DNA of 63,145 bases, the filler included, from Asterionella formosa (Eukaryota): assembly GCA_002256025.1 (NCBI GenBank). It is 8 parts of 8 records of this genome, joined end to end, with 100 filler letters (N's around TTAATTAATTAA, not from the genome) between each part and the next. Parts side by side here need not be neighbours in the genome. Positions count along the whole stretch, not along the records: positions 1 to 26,401 come from NKIB01001728.1; 7 more parts are not named here. One strand, given 5' to 3'. Shown here piece after piece: positions 11,776 to 24,528 of this stretch. The position numbers were made by a program, and so were the translations under genes. The notes under the pieces were generated by a model. The model searched no databases, was not told where the DNA came from, and worked only from the letters and a program-made list of their open reading frames with translations. Position 1 is the first letter of the stretch; each line of letters begins with the position of its first letter.

Positions 11776-14045
11776 ATAATTATAAAGGTTCAACTTGATC
11801 AACTTCATTTGTTCACTATATTTTCGATAATTGTTGCATCACCTACACTAGCTTTGCATTGCAATTCCCACACACTTCCCTGCGCTAGCTGAGACATATG
11901 TCTCTCCAGACAAACGTCTATCATTTCAAGACGATCCTGTTTCATTCAAGGACATCCACCTGGTACCGTGACCACTGTTGTTCCTCCACTTTTCTTGTTT
12001 GCATTGACTCCAGCTCTTGCGAATCCTGACCCTGTTGATTATGCAACAAGCAAAGGCAGCCATGAAGCTTTACAAGTCGGCAACTGAGAGGCTGACTCAC
12101 ACCTTTAATGGTGAGACTGGAAGTCTACGCCTTTTCCTTCAAGCTCTACAGCAGAGGGCCGATTCCTTTGGATGGGCAAGTGTTCTTCTGATGGTGCCTG
12201 ATGTCAATGGGGTGCCAAGAAACCTGATCACTAAGTATGGTCGAGTGACCATGACAGATGTCATCAACCATGTATTGACTCATGTCCACAATCAAACCAG
12301 AATGGCTCAAAATAGCGCTCAGCTCTTTACTTGCGTCTATGCCTCTTTGTCGCTTGAAGCCCTCCTCAAGATTTCTACAGATTCATCTGCCTACTACCGC
12401 CTCACATCTGCAGTTAACCCAAACTTTGTTGTTGCCAGTGGGGCATGCTTTCTGAAGCTTTTGATTACACATTGTACAGTGGACACTAGATCAACGGTTG
12501 CTACCATCAGGAAAACTCTGAACAACTTAGATGTATACATGGGATCTGTCAAGGGAGATATCGAAAAGTTTAACTTGCATGTTCGAGTTCAGCATGATGC
12601 TCTACTCTCCCGTGGAGAAACATCATGACATCTGATCTCCTCACCAACCTGTTTACAGCTTACGATGAAGTAAAAGATAAGGTTTTTCACGACTATATGG
12701 TTGGCCAGCAAGACCAATATAATGATGGGCATATCGATTTCGATGTGGATTCCCTTATGGACCTGGCTCTGAACAAGTACAAAATGCTGATCAAATCGAG
12801 CAAGTGGAACCTTCCTGCTGCACGAGATCCAAAAGTGTATGCTCAAATAATAGCTTTGACTGCAAAGTTGGAGTATTTTAAGAAAACCAACAAGGATGCG
12901 GCGGCTGAAAAGAAAGAGAAAGTCCGCAAAGCCAAGGTGGCAAAGAAATGGGCCTGGAAATTGGTTCCCCCAGCTGAGGGAGATGCAAAATCCAAAATCT
13001 TTGATGGCAAGTCGTATCACTGGTGTATTAATCATGCATCTTGGACTGTTCACACTCTTTCTGAGTTCAACATTAAAGATGGAGTGCGCCCTGTCCCCAA
13101 GGATCCACACAAGCAACATAACAAGGTCAAGGAAGCTCTAGCTCTTTCTGCGGCATAAAATACGATAATGGAAGATGATGATGAAGGTTCCAACGATGCT
13201 TGGGATGAAGATAATGGTGGTGACAGCATCATGGAATAGGGAAGTGCTGGCCCAGGGATGATAAATGAATTGAAGAGGATAATTATGTTAGTACTCAAGT
13301 TATTCTTCCCCTGTTGGCCCTTCTCAGTTTTCGTGGATTTGTTGAGTGAATACCTTCCTTATTGATGGATATTTTTGTTGGCTGTGATCATGATGTGGAC
13401 CTGCTTGAGTGAAAATCATGAGAAATGCGTTTATACGCACCCCGAAGCAGAATAGACGACTTGCATGCTGATGGCACAAAAGCTGGGAAATCCACAGGGA
13501 GGAGCTTATAGATTACTTTTGAGTTGGGATTTTCTGCTATGCTCATCAAGAGCCAAAGGTGTCTCCAGGAGTATTACCCGGAGATCCACGAGACATTGAC
13601 CTAGATATCAGGTTGCTTGGCATTTGATTGCTTGCACCTCAATTTTTGGCATGACGTCGGCCAGCCAATTGCCTGCTCCTCATGCGCCTTTTGACTTAGA
13701 TAGGTTCCCCATTATGATCGACAATTGCTGTTCCAAGTGCATTACAAATTGTTTTGCTGATTTCATTGGGACACCCAGCAAGGTGGAGGCTCAGATAAAT
13801 GGTATTGGAGGCCCCATCTTTATCACTCATAAGAAGGGAACAGTTCGTTGGAAGTTTGAAGACGATTCTGGGCGAATCCATGCTGCTTTTGTCGTTCCAG
13901 GCGCGCTATATGCCCCTAAGGCACCATGCCAGATAATTATAAAGGTACAACTTGATCACCTTTGCTCATTTGTTCACCATAGTTATTTTCGATAATTGTT
14001 GCATTGCCTACACCAGCTTTGCATTGTAATTACCACACTCTTCTC
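11776..14045 (+). mobile_element. Degenerate CoDi-like (diatom Copia) element: gag and protease, frameshifted and truncated
   Basis: FALTPA...DY...KLYKSAT...RADSFGW gag; WCINHASWTVH knuckle-like motif; IDNCCSKCITN...GTVRWKFEDDSG protease-region motifs; about 105 bp direct repeats at 11776 and 13933. Confidence 0.8.
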
Positions 14046-14257
14046 TTCCTCCAACCCCCTCCTCCATCATGTCCTCGGAACGAGTAGTAGCATCTACTGT
14101 CATGTACCAGAACTCAGAGCATCTGGTACTATTGCTTAGGTAAAAGTTCTTCAGAGACCTTGTGCAGGCAATTACCGCCGCTCCATCTAGCTATCGTCTT
14201 GCCGTTGGTGTACCATACCTCTAAGTAATCATTGAAGGTCTACGAAAATTTTAGGTA

Positions 14258-15214
14258 CCACCACCTAGAAACTGAGAGTCAACATTTGAAACATTTTGAA
14301 CTGAGAGTCAACGTTAAATCGAGTAAATTCCCGTTTTGGGCTAAATATGCTAGATACAAATATAATTATTCAAGCAATGTTGTAGCGATTTATGTACTAA
14401 CCAATAATGATTGTGCTTTGAACTCGTCAAGTAGCTAGAGTTACGTCCGTATTTGGTCCCAAAGGTTGGTGATGTCGACGAGAAATGGAGTCAAGAAGAT
14501 AAATCAATTTTTACTCCATTCAGCTGGCATCACCTCTTATATAGTATGTATACAGGTATTAGAAAGCATTTCTGTTGGTTGATTTATTTAGTGTCCAAAT
14601 AGATTTTTTGCTACGGTAAAATATATAACGATGTCATTTTGCATTCTTCCCCTCTACCTGAATGGAGAACATCAGCTGCAACCTCCCAGCGTGACTACCT
14701 GAAACACTGCCTACATACAAGGATTTGTCATGAAATCACAAAAATCACCCGTGAAATGAATTGAAACAAGAGGAGGACCACCGGAAAGATGAGAACTTGA
14801 AATGATTGATATGCAAGGTCCAACTGAATACTTGACGAATTTGCTACCAGTACTGTTATGATCGGCACTTAAAACCCTGGTACCTGACACCGGTAGCTGG
14901 TACCACTAATAATAGAAAATGGTTTTTGTGGTAACAATCGAGTAAAAAACGGTTTGGGGGTAAAAAATCTTCATGTATAGATTAAAAATATGTACTGAGA
15001 GACAAAGTTATGAGTCAAAATGGGTAAAACTAGATGGCTTGAATCTCCATAACTGTATGTTCTACTTTAGAACTGATTAAATGATAGCTATCCCCGTTCT
15101 ATCAACTACAATAAAGTTCGTACTTGGTTCGACTTTATCATTTTAGAAACGTCGATAATTCTAGTCGAAAGAAGGAGTACTGAAATGTTGACTCTCAGTT
15201 TTTAGTTGGTAGGG
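14258..15214. mobile_element. MITE / non-autonomous DNA transposon
   Basis: TIRs of about 28 bp: ACCACCTAGAAACTGAGAGTCAACATTT versus AAATGTTGACTCTCAGTTTTTAGTTGGT; second ACTGAGAGTCAAC copy near 14300. Confidence 0.7.
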
Positions 15215-15629
15215 ACAATGTTGGGTGTTACTTGTATATATGGTCAAACTACTTATGCCACCCAGCCCCGCACAGCACATCTACGATGTGCTCGCATTCA
15301 TGAGATTTCAATGGGGAGCCTGTATCGCCTTCCTCAGCTATACTGAGTTACTGGTACTACATGGTACCTGAAGAAATGGTACCTGAAGATCCGGTAATCG
15401 AGACATGTAGCTTAATCTTTTCCTAAACAAAAAAAGTGTTTTGCCGGACCTTCCAACAGGTGCTCCTACTCCATACATCGTAATAGGGTACCCATTTACC
15501 AGGTGAGCTCCCTATGCAGTCCAATATACATACAAAAATTCAAAAATACACTCGTTGTTCTATGTGCGACTAAAAAGTTCGATGCTAAAATGTAAACACA
15601 AATTCCCCCGACTGACGGTTTATGCATTT

Positions 15630-16143
15630 TCAGACACTTTTATGCAAAAATTGTATTCTTTCATTCTGTTCCAAGGTCAATATTCTTTTTAGAATGTGGT
15701 CAATGAGTGTAATCATATGTGTCATCTGTGTGCTTGGAAAGAATGCGCTGTCCCACAGCTGAAATATGACATTTACTCTGCGGAAGGTTTGTGATGGTGG
15801 TTCATTTGGGATGCATAGCAATGTCGAGCATTACACTTCTTGGCACAATCTTGAATTTCTTCAATATGTTGTGATCAACAGCTTGACTTGGTGCATCAGC
15901 AGTAGCTAATGTAGTTCGCATATGGGCAACCGGCGGAGCAAGTGCATAACCCGGCTCTCCAACAATGATTAGCGCTTTGTCATCTGCGCTGATCATGTCA
16001 ATACGAGTCCCAGAGTTGGCCAGCTGAGCATTTATGGAGATGATCCAGTCATGTCCATACTTCTGCAATTCAAGCCCATAGTGTGCATCAATATGTGGTG
16101 ACCGAATGCTGCGTTGCTGAAGCTTGAAGACTATCGTCTGCAA
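15630..16143 (-). pseudogene. Zator/TP36-like DDE transposase remnant
   Basis: ISADDKALIIVGEPG, AVDH..KFKIVP.SV and DSAFFPS..TH motifs across a frameshift; splice-acceptor-like TTTTATTTGCAG at its 5' edge. Confidence 0.5.
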
Positions 16144-16757
16144 ATAAAAACCATCATATTCCTTTGATGCATCATAGAATTATGATCATCTGATCATAAT
16201 TTTTCGTTATATCATCTAATAATTTTGATAAATGCCCTCGTAATTTAAATAGTTACCTTTTTAACTATGTAAATTTAATTATTATTTTTATTGTTTCTTT
16301 TAGGTTCCTTTATTTAAATTTCTTGGTAGGATAATGTCAGACCAGCTAAAGAAATGTGGTTTCGCTCATCATTCTTTCCGGTCCTCGCTCTGATTCTTGC
16401 AACAACGACAAAGCAGGCCAGCCATGTCGAGAGGAACGAGTGTTTGTGATCACATCTTCATTTGTCGTTCAAGTCATCATATGTCTTCGATGAATCATCA
16501 TCTACAGTGCACAGTGTGTTCGTATGCAATCCGTTAAGAGCTTGAAAAGAAATCCAATGAAAACGAAATGGCTCATCACACAAGACGAATATTTCCGGCC
16601 GGTCTGTCACTGGAGGAGCATCAATCAGTGTTACAACCTCAATCATAGCTAAACAACATCCAATATAGAACTGCATAATCTACTTCTATGTTACATCGTC
16701 TCTCTAACGGGAACATAATACATTTAGAATTTCTTGAAACGCAGCATAGCAGGTGAT

Positions 16758-17110
16758 ACCAAACGGGCGGGGGCAAACAACACAGAGGAGTCTAATTTTT
16801 CTCCCCAATGATCCCAGACCCTTCTTGGATATCACTTGCTACAGAAAATGGAGAACAGCCGCCATGATGAGCATCTGTTGATTGTTGCTGTATGGTGCCA
16901 CTGACCAAAACCTCCAGAAATCTCAATGAGTTGCTTGTTTCTTGACTTGAATGCCCAAGGGATCAAACCAGTGGAAAAATCAAAAGGGAACTAAATATTC
17001 TCTGCAAACATCAGTACAATTATGAAAGAAAAATGAAGGTTCTTGGGAGGAGAAGTAAAGGGATAGTAGTTGGTGCTAGTCTTGCGGGAACAAGAGCGAA
17101 TGGATTGACC
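16758..17110 (+). repeat. Dispersed repeat, copy 1
   Basis: Collinear high similarity to 54243-54593. Confidence 0.9.
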
Positions 17111-18625
17111 CAAACAATGTTATTGACAAATAGGTACCTACCGGAAAAGGAATCAATGCTTTCGGCATCATCAATCTATACACAAGCCTGCACCACCTGA
17201 TGTCATCATAGCTACCTCAACTTCATCAATGAAGAAGTCGATGGGTGGAGCATGTGAAAGGAAAATCGGGGTTGAGGTTTTCTTGAAGCCAACGTGGACC
17301 TGCTTGGCTGTACTCCTTGCAGATGAAGGCATTGAGTAACCTGGGCCTGTGAAGCCAAAGGATAAAGAAAAATCTATGACAAGGGTGGTCAGATATTGTC
17401 TAGAAGCAAAAGTTATCATAGTTGAACTCATTCGAAAATTCGTAAAGACAATTGAATGGAGGCATACCATGGCTGCTCTTTGCTGACAATTGCTAAGTCA
17501 ATGTACAAACACAACTAGCAAGGGTGCACAAAAAAGACGGTCCCAATTTAATTGACTGGCTGATACATAGTTTTAAGACTTACCATTCTGCAATGGGGTG
17601 GACTTTGATCATTGCTTCGTTCGAAGCAGAATCAATTTGAATGCTGTCCAGTGGAACAATGAAAACAATTGTGACGAAAAAGCGCAGAACAGATCAAGAG
17701 ATTTCATAGGAATTAAAAAAACAGGGCATGTATGATGCACTGATCCTTGTGTATATTTGATATTTCATATACAGGTGCATGGATGACTTCTCCCGCCCTT
17801 TCATTAGATATGCAGCCATGTTGCGATAATTCTACAAGACCTATAGGATTGGTAGTCTGGTATTTTATATACCAGTAGGAGTCATGTATGCATGCATGAT
17901 GCGATAAACCTTACACGACATAAAAATTTGGTAGCTTGGGGGTAATCAATTCTGTACTGTATACAGGGGGGGAAGGGGTTGCATGCATGAGCAATTAATC
18001 CGGTATAAGCTATGATCATCTTTAATCAATAAATTTTGATTTGTTTATCCTATACCTTTGATCATAATATATTGATCATATGATACATGGTGTTGTTGAT
18101 GAGAACATGAAAGATCAAAATTTATTTTCAGGAATCAGGATAAATTGATCTTAGAAATATGATCAAATGATCATGAACACATGAGCATATTCAGTTTTCC
18201 GCTGCACTATTGAGGTACTCCCATGATAGAAGTAATACCCAGCAAGTATACAGTACTACTGGTAGGCCATATGAATTTTTCGGATGTATATGGTCAATTT
18301 GTCTATATTCATAAATGCATGATTTCGACCATTTGAAAAATTGGTGATGACTCCAGTTTATTAAGGGGCTTAATTAGATCAGCCACTGACTTTTAGGTAC
18401 AAGAATTGACACAAAACAAATTGAAAAAATTCAACAGGTCATGGAAAACTATGGACTCATCATGCATTGTATATATTTGAATTATGTATAACCAAGATTG
18501 ATGTTAGTATACACATGATGTGCCATATGATGAGTGTGTTTAAAATTATGCAAATGTTCAACTAGTATATATATACATTTCAACTTACAAATATTTCTAT
18601 GTATGTATTCATGGCTGTAACTTGA

Positions 18626-18792
18626 TTTGAAATCATGTTTTCATGTTCCTTGTCATGCATACACTTTGCTCCTGAAATGAAGGATTATCACTTTATTATC
18701 ACTTTCGTTTTCCGCGTCATCATCTGTGTTAATCCTTCAATTCAGGAGCAAAAGTGTATGCATGACAAGGAACATGAAAACATGATTACAAA
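18626..18792. repeat. Near-perfect inverted repeat (arms about 57 bp, spacer about 42 bp)
   Basis: 18631-18687 is the reverse complement of 18730-18787 with one mismatch and one indel. Confidence 0.9.
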
Positions 18793-18823
18793 CGTTGGCT
18801 GGGTCTGAAGCCGATTTAGTTAC

Positions 18824-19022
18824 ATAGGTAACCTTCAAATAGCATCAGTATAACTTCTGGCGAGAAATTGCAGAAAGGAACTTCCGTTTTCTTACTATGC
18901 CAAATAAAGTGATTTCCCCCGAAATTTCTTGTCTTTATAGCATAGCTAAAAAACAGAAGTTCCTTTCTGCAGTTTCTCGCCAGATCCTAGTATATCCTGA
19001 CGATATATAGCGTTGACCTGTG
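18824..19022. repeat. Inverted repeat / fold-back module
   Basis: TCTGGCGAGAAATTGCAGAAAGGAACTTC at 18856 pairs with the arm ending at 18984; looser pairing extends outward. Confidence 0.85.
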
Positions 19023-19408
19023 CCCCTACTTTTGTCAATGACTGTATCTAAGCATATGGAGAGGGTGTGTATTACTGAAAACTCCGTTTAGCGATACACA
19101 TTCATGTTTTACTTGTAAGAAGTGTGTGTTTGAGTACTCTGACTCAATATTATATTTTTCAACCCTACCTCTAAACTAGGGTTGAAGTGCAGGAACATGA
19201 AGGTTGCGGCCCCATAGTTACTAATTGCGAGGTCCGTTATTTCCCAAAATATTTTTATGATGTATGTCAATCCACACATCACGTACCAGAAAAAAATAGT
19301 TAAAGGTAAAATTAGCTTTCACCATTACGACCACTTTGCATATGCTTAGATACTGTCATTGCTCGACTGAGGGGTATGATCTATATACAGATATGTTAAG
19401 GACCCCAT

Positions 19409-19528
19409 TTCTGGAGAGAAGTGGCAGTTATGTATCATAGATTCGTAACTACAGCAAAAATAGTCAAAAAAGGGGCTACAATGCTTTTCAAAAAATCTAC
19501 GATACAAAACTGCCAATTCTCTCCAGAA
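19409..19528. repeat. Inverted repeat related to the 18856 module
   Basis: TTCTGGAGAGAAGTGGCAGTTATGTATCATAGATT versus AATCTACGATACAAAACTGCCAATTCTCTCCAGAA. Confidence 0.85.
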
Positions 19529-20569
19529 GTTAACTCCTGACGTTATAGGGTACACGGCTATCTATTTTAATCGTCATGAAACCCTGTAGATGTAGAGCAA
19601 TGTGCCTTTGAGTGTAGGGTACCAGGGTAATACCGGTACGCCTTTTGGGGGTAGAGTAATATTAAATCTATTTGCAGCAACAAAGATTCAATATAAATGG
19701 ATAAAAAATATCATGAGTATACATTTAGGCATACTCCTGATTTATATATGTGTTTTGGCGTGGAACAAAATTATGTCTACATTCAGCAACGTAGATATAG
19801 TATAAACAATTAAAAATCATTTTTGTTTGTTTAAAATGGAACTCTGTCTATCTGGCGCCGACTCCTATTTGATTCAAATGTTCAAATGGACACTCGAATC
19901 ATGGGAACTCATAGCAGCAAACTCCCTGTTCCATGCCATTTTTACAACCCTAGCGACGTTTTCTCCAAACTAGGGTTAAGCCGAGGGCCGCAACCTTAAT
20001 GATTTTATATTCACAGTGCATACATAGATTTTTTCTAATTTTCAAGTTATGACTATTTTTAGTACGACAAAGTTGTTCCTGATGTTGCGCCGGATACAAT
20101 ATACTGTACCTTGTTGTTTATTTGGTCTTGTGTTTTAGATAATCAGGTAAATGTGTCAGAAAGTAGCGATCGGCCCGAAAGTGGCAAAAGCAATATCGTA
20201 TCATTGAGCCGGCATCTCCCAGAAAACATGCGCATACACATTTGTGTAGAAAACTTAATATCTGATCTTTATTTAGTTGCGTTTGACCGCCATGGACCTT
20301 CTTGTAATATAGCGGTAAATGAGTCAACTAGTCACTCTTAGTATATGAATACAATATTTCTTGAAGGCCGAAAAATCGAGCCATATTTTGATGTCAGAGA
20401 CCGAAATTCACAGCAGAAATTGCCTCCAACATATCACAAAATGAAGGAAATCGCAGTCATCTCATTAACAATCATGAAACCTACAGCAAGAAGACAGCTT
20501 CAACCATCCAAAAAGTGCAAGGTGATACTGAAATATTCGGATAAGACTCTAGTGTCACTTCTTTAAGAA

Positions 20570-20943
20570 AAGAATATATAGTTATGGAATTAGAAACTTT
20601 GAATGGCAAATAACAATGGCAAACTACCATATGGTGCAATATCGAATATTGTTGCATCAAAGGCAGCTACACTGGCTTGAATAACAAAATAGATTCACAC
20701 ATGGCGCTTGCAAACAAGGTTTATGCGATCAGAACGCTTAAAAAACAGCCCGCAGAGTGGACAGTGGCGCAAACGAAAACAATGGTAACATGGTACAAGC
20801 GAGCAGGCAATCATCCATTAGCAACAACGAAGCAACTTCTACTTACCAAATGCCATGACACCATGGTGCATGGCAACACTGCAGTCCTAGTTGTAAGTGC
20901 GATGGCGCCACTTCCTCACCCTTCAGTTGCTCCTATCCCATGA
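20570..20943 (+). pseudogene. Internally deleted DNA-transposase remnant (possibly pogo-like)
   Basis: GKLPYGAISNIV and WTVAQTKTMVTWYKR.G...L.TTK segments recall the N- and C-termini of diatom DDE-type transposases; no catalytic core. Confidence 0.35.
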
Positions 20944-21917
20944 CAAGATATGATGGGAGGACCAGCAGTCTAAGAACAAGCAACACAACAACTACTGCGA
21001 AAAAATGCGAGGAGTCTTTGAGGGAACCAACAAGATAAAATTGTAACATGACCAGGATAAGAACGATACAACTACTCCGAAAAAACATGCAAATGATATA
21101 AAAATTTCTAACCGTCGCCTATAAAAATAACTTGGTACCTGGTGCCTGGTAACCAGGGTTCTCCTAGGTACCCATGCTACTGGTAACAGGTGCCTGGGTC
21201 GTTGAAGGAAACACCGTACCGGTAGTAAACAGGGATCCATAATATACGGCCGTACCGGTACATACATACCAGCAGAGAGTGCCAGGGACTACTGGTACCG
21301 GTTGCTATTCATTACTTGTCGTCTACGCTGTACTAGAAGTACATAAGTCGCTGACTGGCTGACGGAAAGGAACAAACAAGACTGCCTCCTCTAATTGGCA
21401 CGACCCAGAAAGCATTCAAAAATTCATTGAAGAGAGATGATGTCATTTGCTTGTGTTTTCTATTTATGTGGAATCGTACGAGGTAGCAACCAACCCCTTG
21501 CTTGTGCACCAAACCCCCGCCCTCCTCAGGTAACGGTAGTCTCCCTGGTACCTGGTACCAGTTTACCAGAGGGGGGAGATGCGGTTTTTACTTTGTTTTT
21601 ATTCCTGGTCTCATGACAAGACAAAGCAGGGTTACCAGGTACCTGGTACCATTAAAGTATCATTGTTACCTATGTGGGCAGAACCGGTTTCGCGCTACAT
21701 ATGTTTTTCTCCGTACTGCACTGCGTATTACCAGTACAAGTATATTTTTTTTCGTCATAGTAACCGCTAGTGCATATAGTAAATAGTATGCTTTCAACTG
21801 CCTCGATCGGTCATCGCTCAGTTGTAACGAATCTGAAATCTCCGCACGAGATTCGATTCACAAACAAATCGAAAGCAACGTACGCGCGTAGCTGAAAGAG
21901 TAGTTCGCACTCCCATC

Positions 21918-24528
21918 ATGTCGAGCAGTAGTGATCAAACAATGTTCCGAAGGCCTCGAAGCCGCCTTGGTCTTGAGGTCTTGGATAACGAATCTGAACA
22001 AGACGGCTGGCAAACGATGACACTCTCCACGAATCTACCGCTTCATGTTCAGCAACATGATGACCTGACGCCGTTGCTAGGGTCCAGCACGACCAGGAAA
22101 GAATTGTCCAGCAATACTGATGAAAACGGCAACGAGAACGACAACCAAGCAATGGAAGAAGACGACGTTGCAGTGAGTATGAATCCACATTGTTCGACGA
22201 ATTCTGTCCCTCAAAGAATATTCTTATTCACATTCTGTTCGCTTCCGATTTATGCTTTCACAGATATTTGATGTAGTCGATCGCATCGAAGACGAGATCG
22301 ACGCACATGGATACGAAGACCTGGTCCCGTTGGAACTCAAGCTTGCGCTCGAAGACACAGTCTTCGGTTGGTCTCATCTTTCATCGGATATTATGGGGCA
22401 TGTTGTCTTCACGGTCGGAGCGTACCTCATTTTCTACATTGTTTCAACTGAGATTCAAAAGCAATTCCATCCATTCTCATCAGACAGAATCTTCAGCTGG
22501 ACTCGGCTCCTTCTCTCGCTGTGGGCTGCTGTGTCTGCCTTTCGTATGGTTAGACGACGCAGACGAGTTTGGTTCCGTGCTGCGTACGGATCCAAGGCAT
22601 ACAAGCAAGATGAGGCACGGCGTCGAGCGTCCGTGGCGGAAACCGATCGATCTACCATGTTGGGACGAATAAGAAAGGGTCGAGATGCTTTTTTTGCTAG
22701 AAGTGTACAGAGAAAATTGAGACATGCCGAAGCTCGTTTTGACCGCCGACGTTCTCGACGACGCATCTTGCTTGCAAAGAATCCGGAGCTGCCATCCAAT
22801 AGCGAGCTGTTTACGGACTCGGGGGAATCTTCCGATGATCAAACACAATCATCGCCAAAGAAGCTTCGACCCTCATTTCAGACATTGACGACAAATCAAA
22901 TTGAGTCAATTGCTCATGATCAAATTCTATTTTCATCTGGGCCAATTCAGAACATGCCATATGCACATGGAGGATTCTTTGGAGCCGCTCCATTCATGCT
23001 GGCCAACCCTCATTGGATTGATATCTTGCGCCACCTGATGCCTGATGTGTACGTGGAGATCTCACGACGTGTTGTTCATGCGCCAGCGTCGAAATTAATT
23101 CATTGGGCAGAGAATAATCCTGTTGTGGCTGCGTACGGAACTGCTCATGAATTGGAAACAAATGGGCGAGTGCCCAATTTGGAATGGGATGTCTTTTTGG
23201 ATCCTCATTTAGTGCAACGAGTGGAATTGGTATTGCAAGAAAAGGACAAGTTTCTGAAATCGTGCCCTTCAATCGTTAACCAATGGTCAAAAGAGCAAAG
23301 AAACATCATCCGTTATTACGATAGACAGCTGGAATATCGGGTAAAATCTATGGTCGACCATATGCTGATTGCTCATGGAAACTTGACTCAGATTATATGG
23401 GAACTTACAGGATTTGCAAAGAAGTACAACTTTTCTCGTGTAAAGCGAACTCGGCGAACCCTTGGTGGAGGAATTTTTGCTCGGCAATGGCTTGCTGTCT
23501 ATGCCGACGCACTCCGCCTAGGCATGATGAATGTTGTTGATAATTCAGACTTATACACTGTGGCAACGGATTCATCATTGGAAATCACGCAACAGCAGCT
23601 TCAGATTGAACACCAGATGAACGAGAGTATAGAACCAGAACAGTCGAAAAGTAAACCAGCAATCCAATCATCCATCACTTTGGAGAAAACCACCATTTCT
23701 CCAATGAGTATACCATCGACTGATAAATTGCTGGAAGCACATGGTTTAGTGCGAGGTTATACATCATTGTATGCCTTAGGGTCATCAAACTGCCCCGACA
23801 TGACAATGTCACAATCAGTCACCATTCTTCGTAACATCACAAAATGCTCTGAACCAATTGGATTGGTCCTTGATCTCAAATCTCGTCATGTCTCACGTCG
23901 AATTTGGGCACTTGTTGTGAATGAAATGCGCACGAGTGGTATCCGAATCGAAGGCATTGCATCATTTGCAGATGAGGAAGTTCGTGACATCAGTCGCTAC
24001 ACCCACAGTCCTCTCAAGGAGATAATTTTTTTTCACTCAGCAGGTGACATGCAAGAAGCTTGCCACTCTGGACGTATCCGCCAAGGGGATGCTATTTTTT
24101 TCAATGGAGGGAGCTTGCTATGGGAAGCCCCAGCTGTTACCTTTTCATATATGTATGAAAAAGTGTTTGGTAAATTTGATCCCCATTCTGCCAAAAAGAA
24201 GTACACGCTATTGCCATTTAGTAAAATTGAGAGTGAGAATCGTGGCGACCATTTTGACAGCACCATTCAAGATTATCAAAGAAAGTTCAATCTTTCCATT
24301 GGAATCTATTGCCAAGAGTTTTGCATTGATGATGCTGCCACTAGCATTTTGGTGAGGTTGGTAAATGACCACCCTCAGGTCTACAATCTTGGGTTTAGCT
24401 GGGGTGGTGTCAATGGAGTTACCGTCCGCAATATTCAACCTGGTCGGTTCACCCGCACAGACGGCTTCTGGAATCAACGTCATGTTGGTGCAGTTTGGGA
24501 CACAAATCGAACTCCAGCTGATTGTTAA
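21918..24528 (+). CDS. Hypothetical membrane protein, 2 exons (21918-22172, 22264-24528)
   Basis: In-frame GTGAGT...TTCACAG intron 22173-22263; two TM helices, basic stretch, long globular C-terminus. Confidence 0.85.

Noticed and set aside
22307..24483. Many short antisense or alternative-frame ORFs overlapping long genes
   Set aside because: Shadow ORFs of real coding sequence
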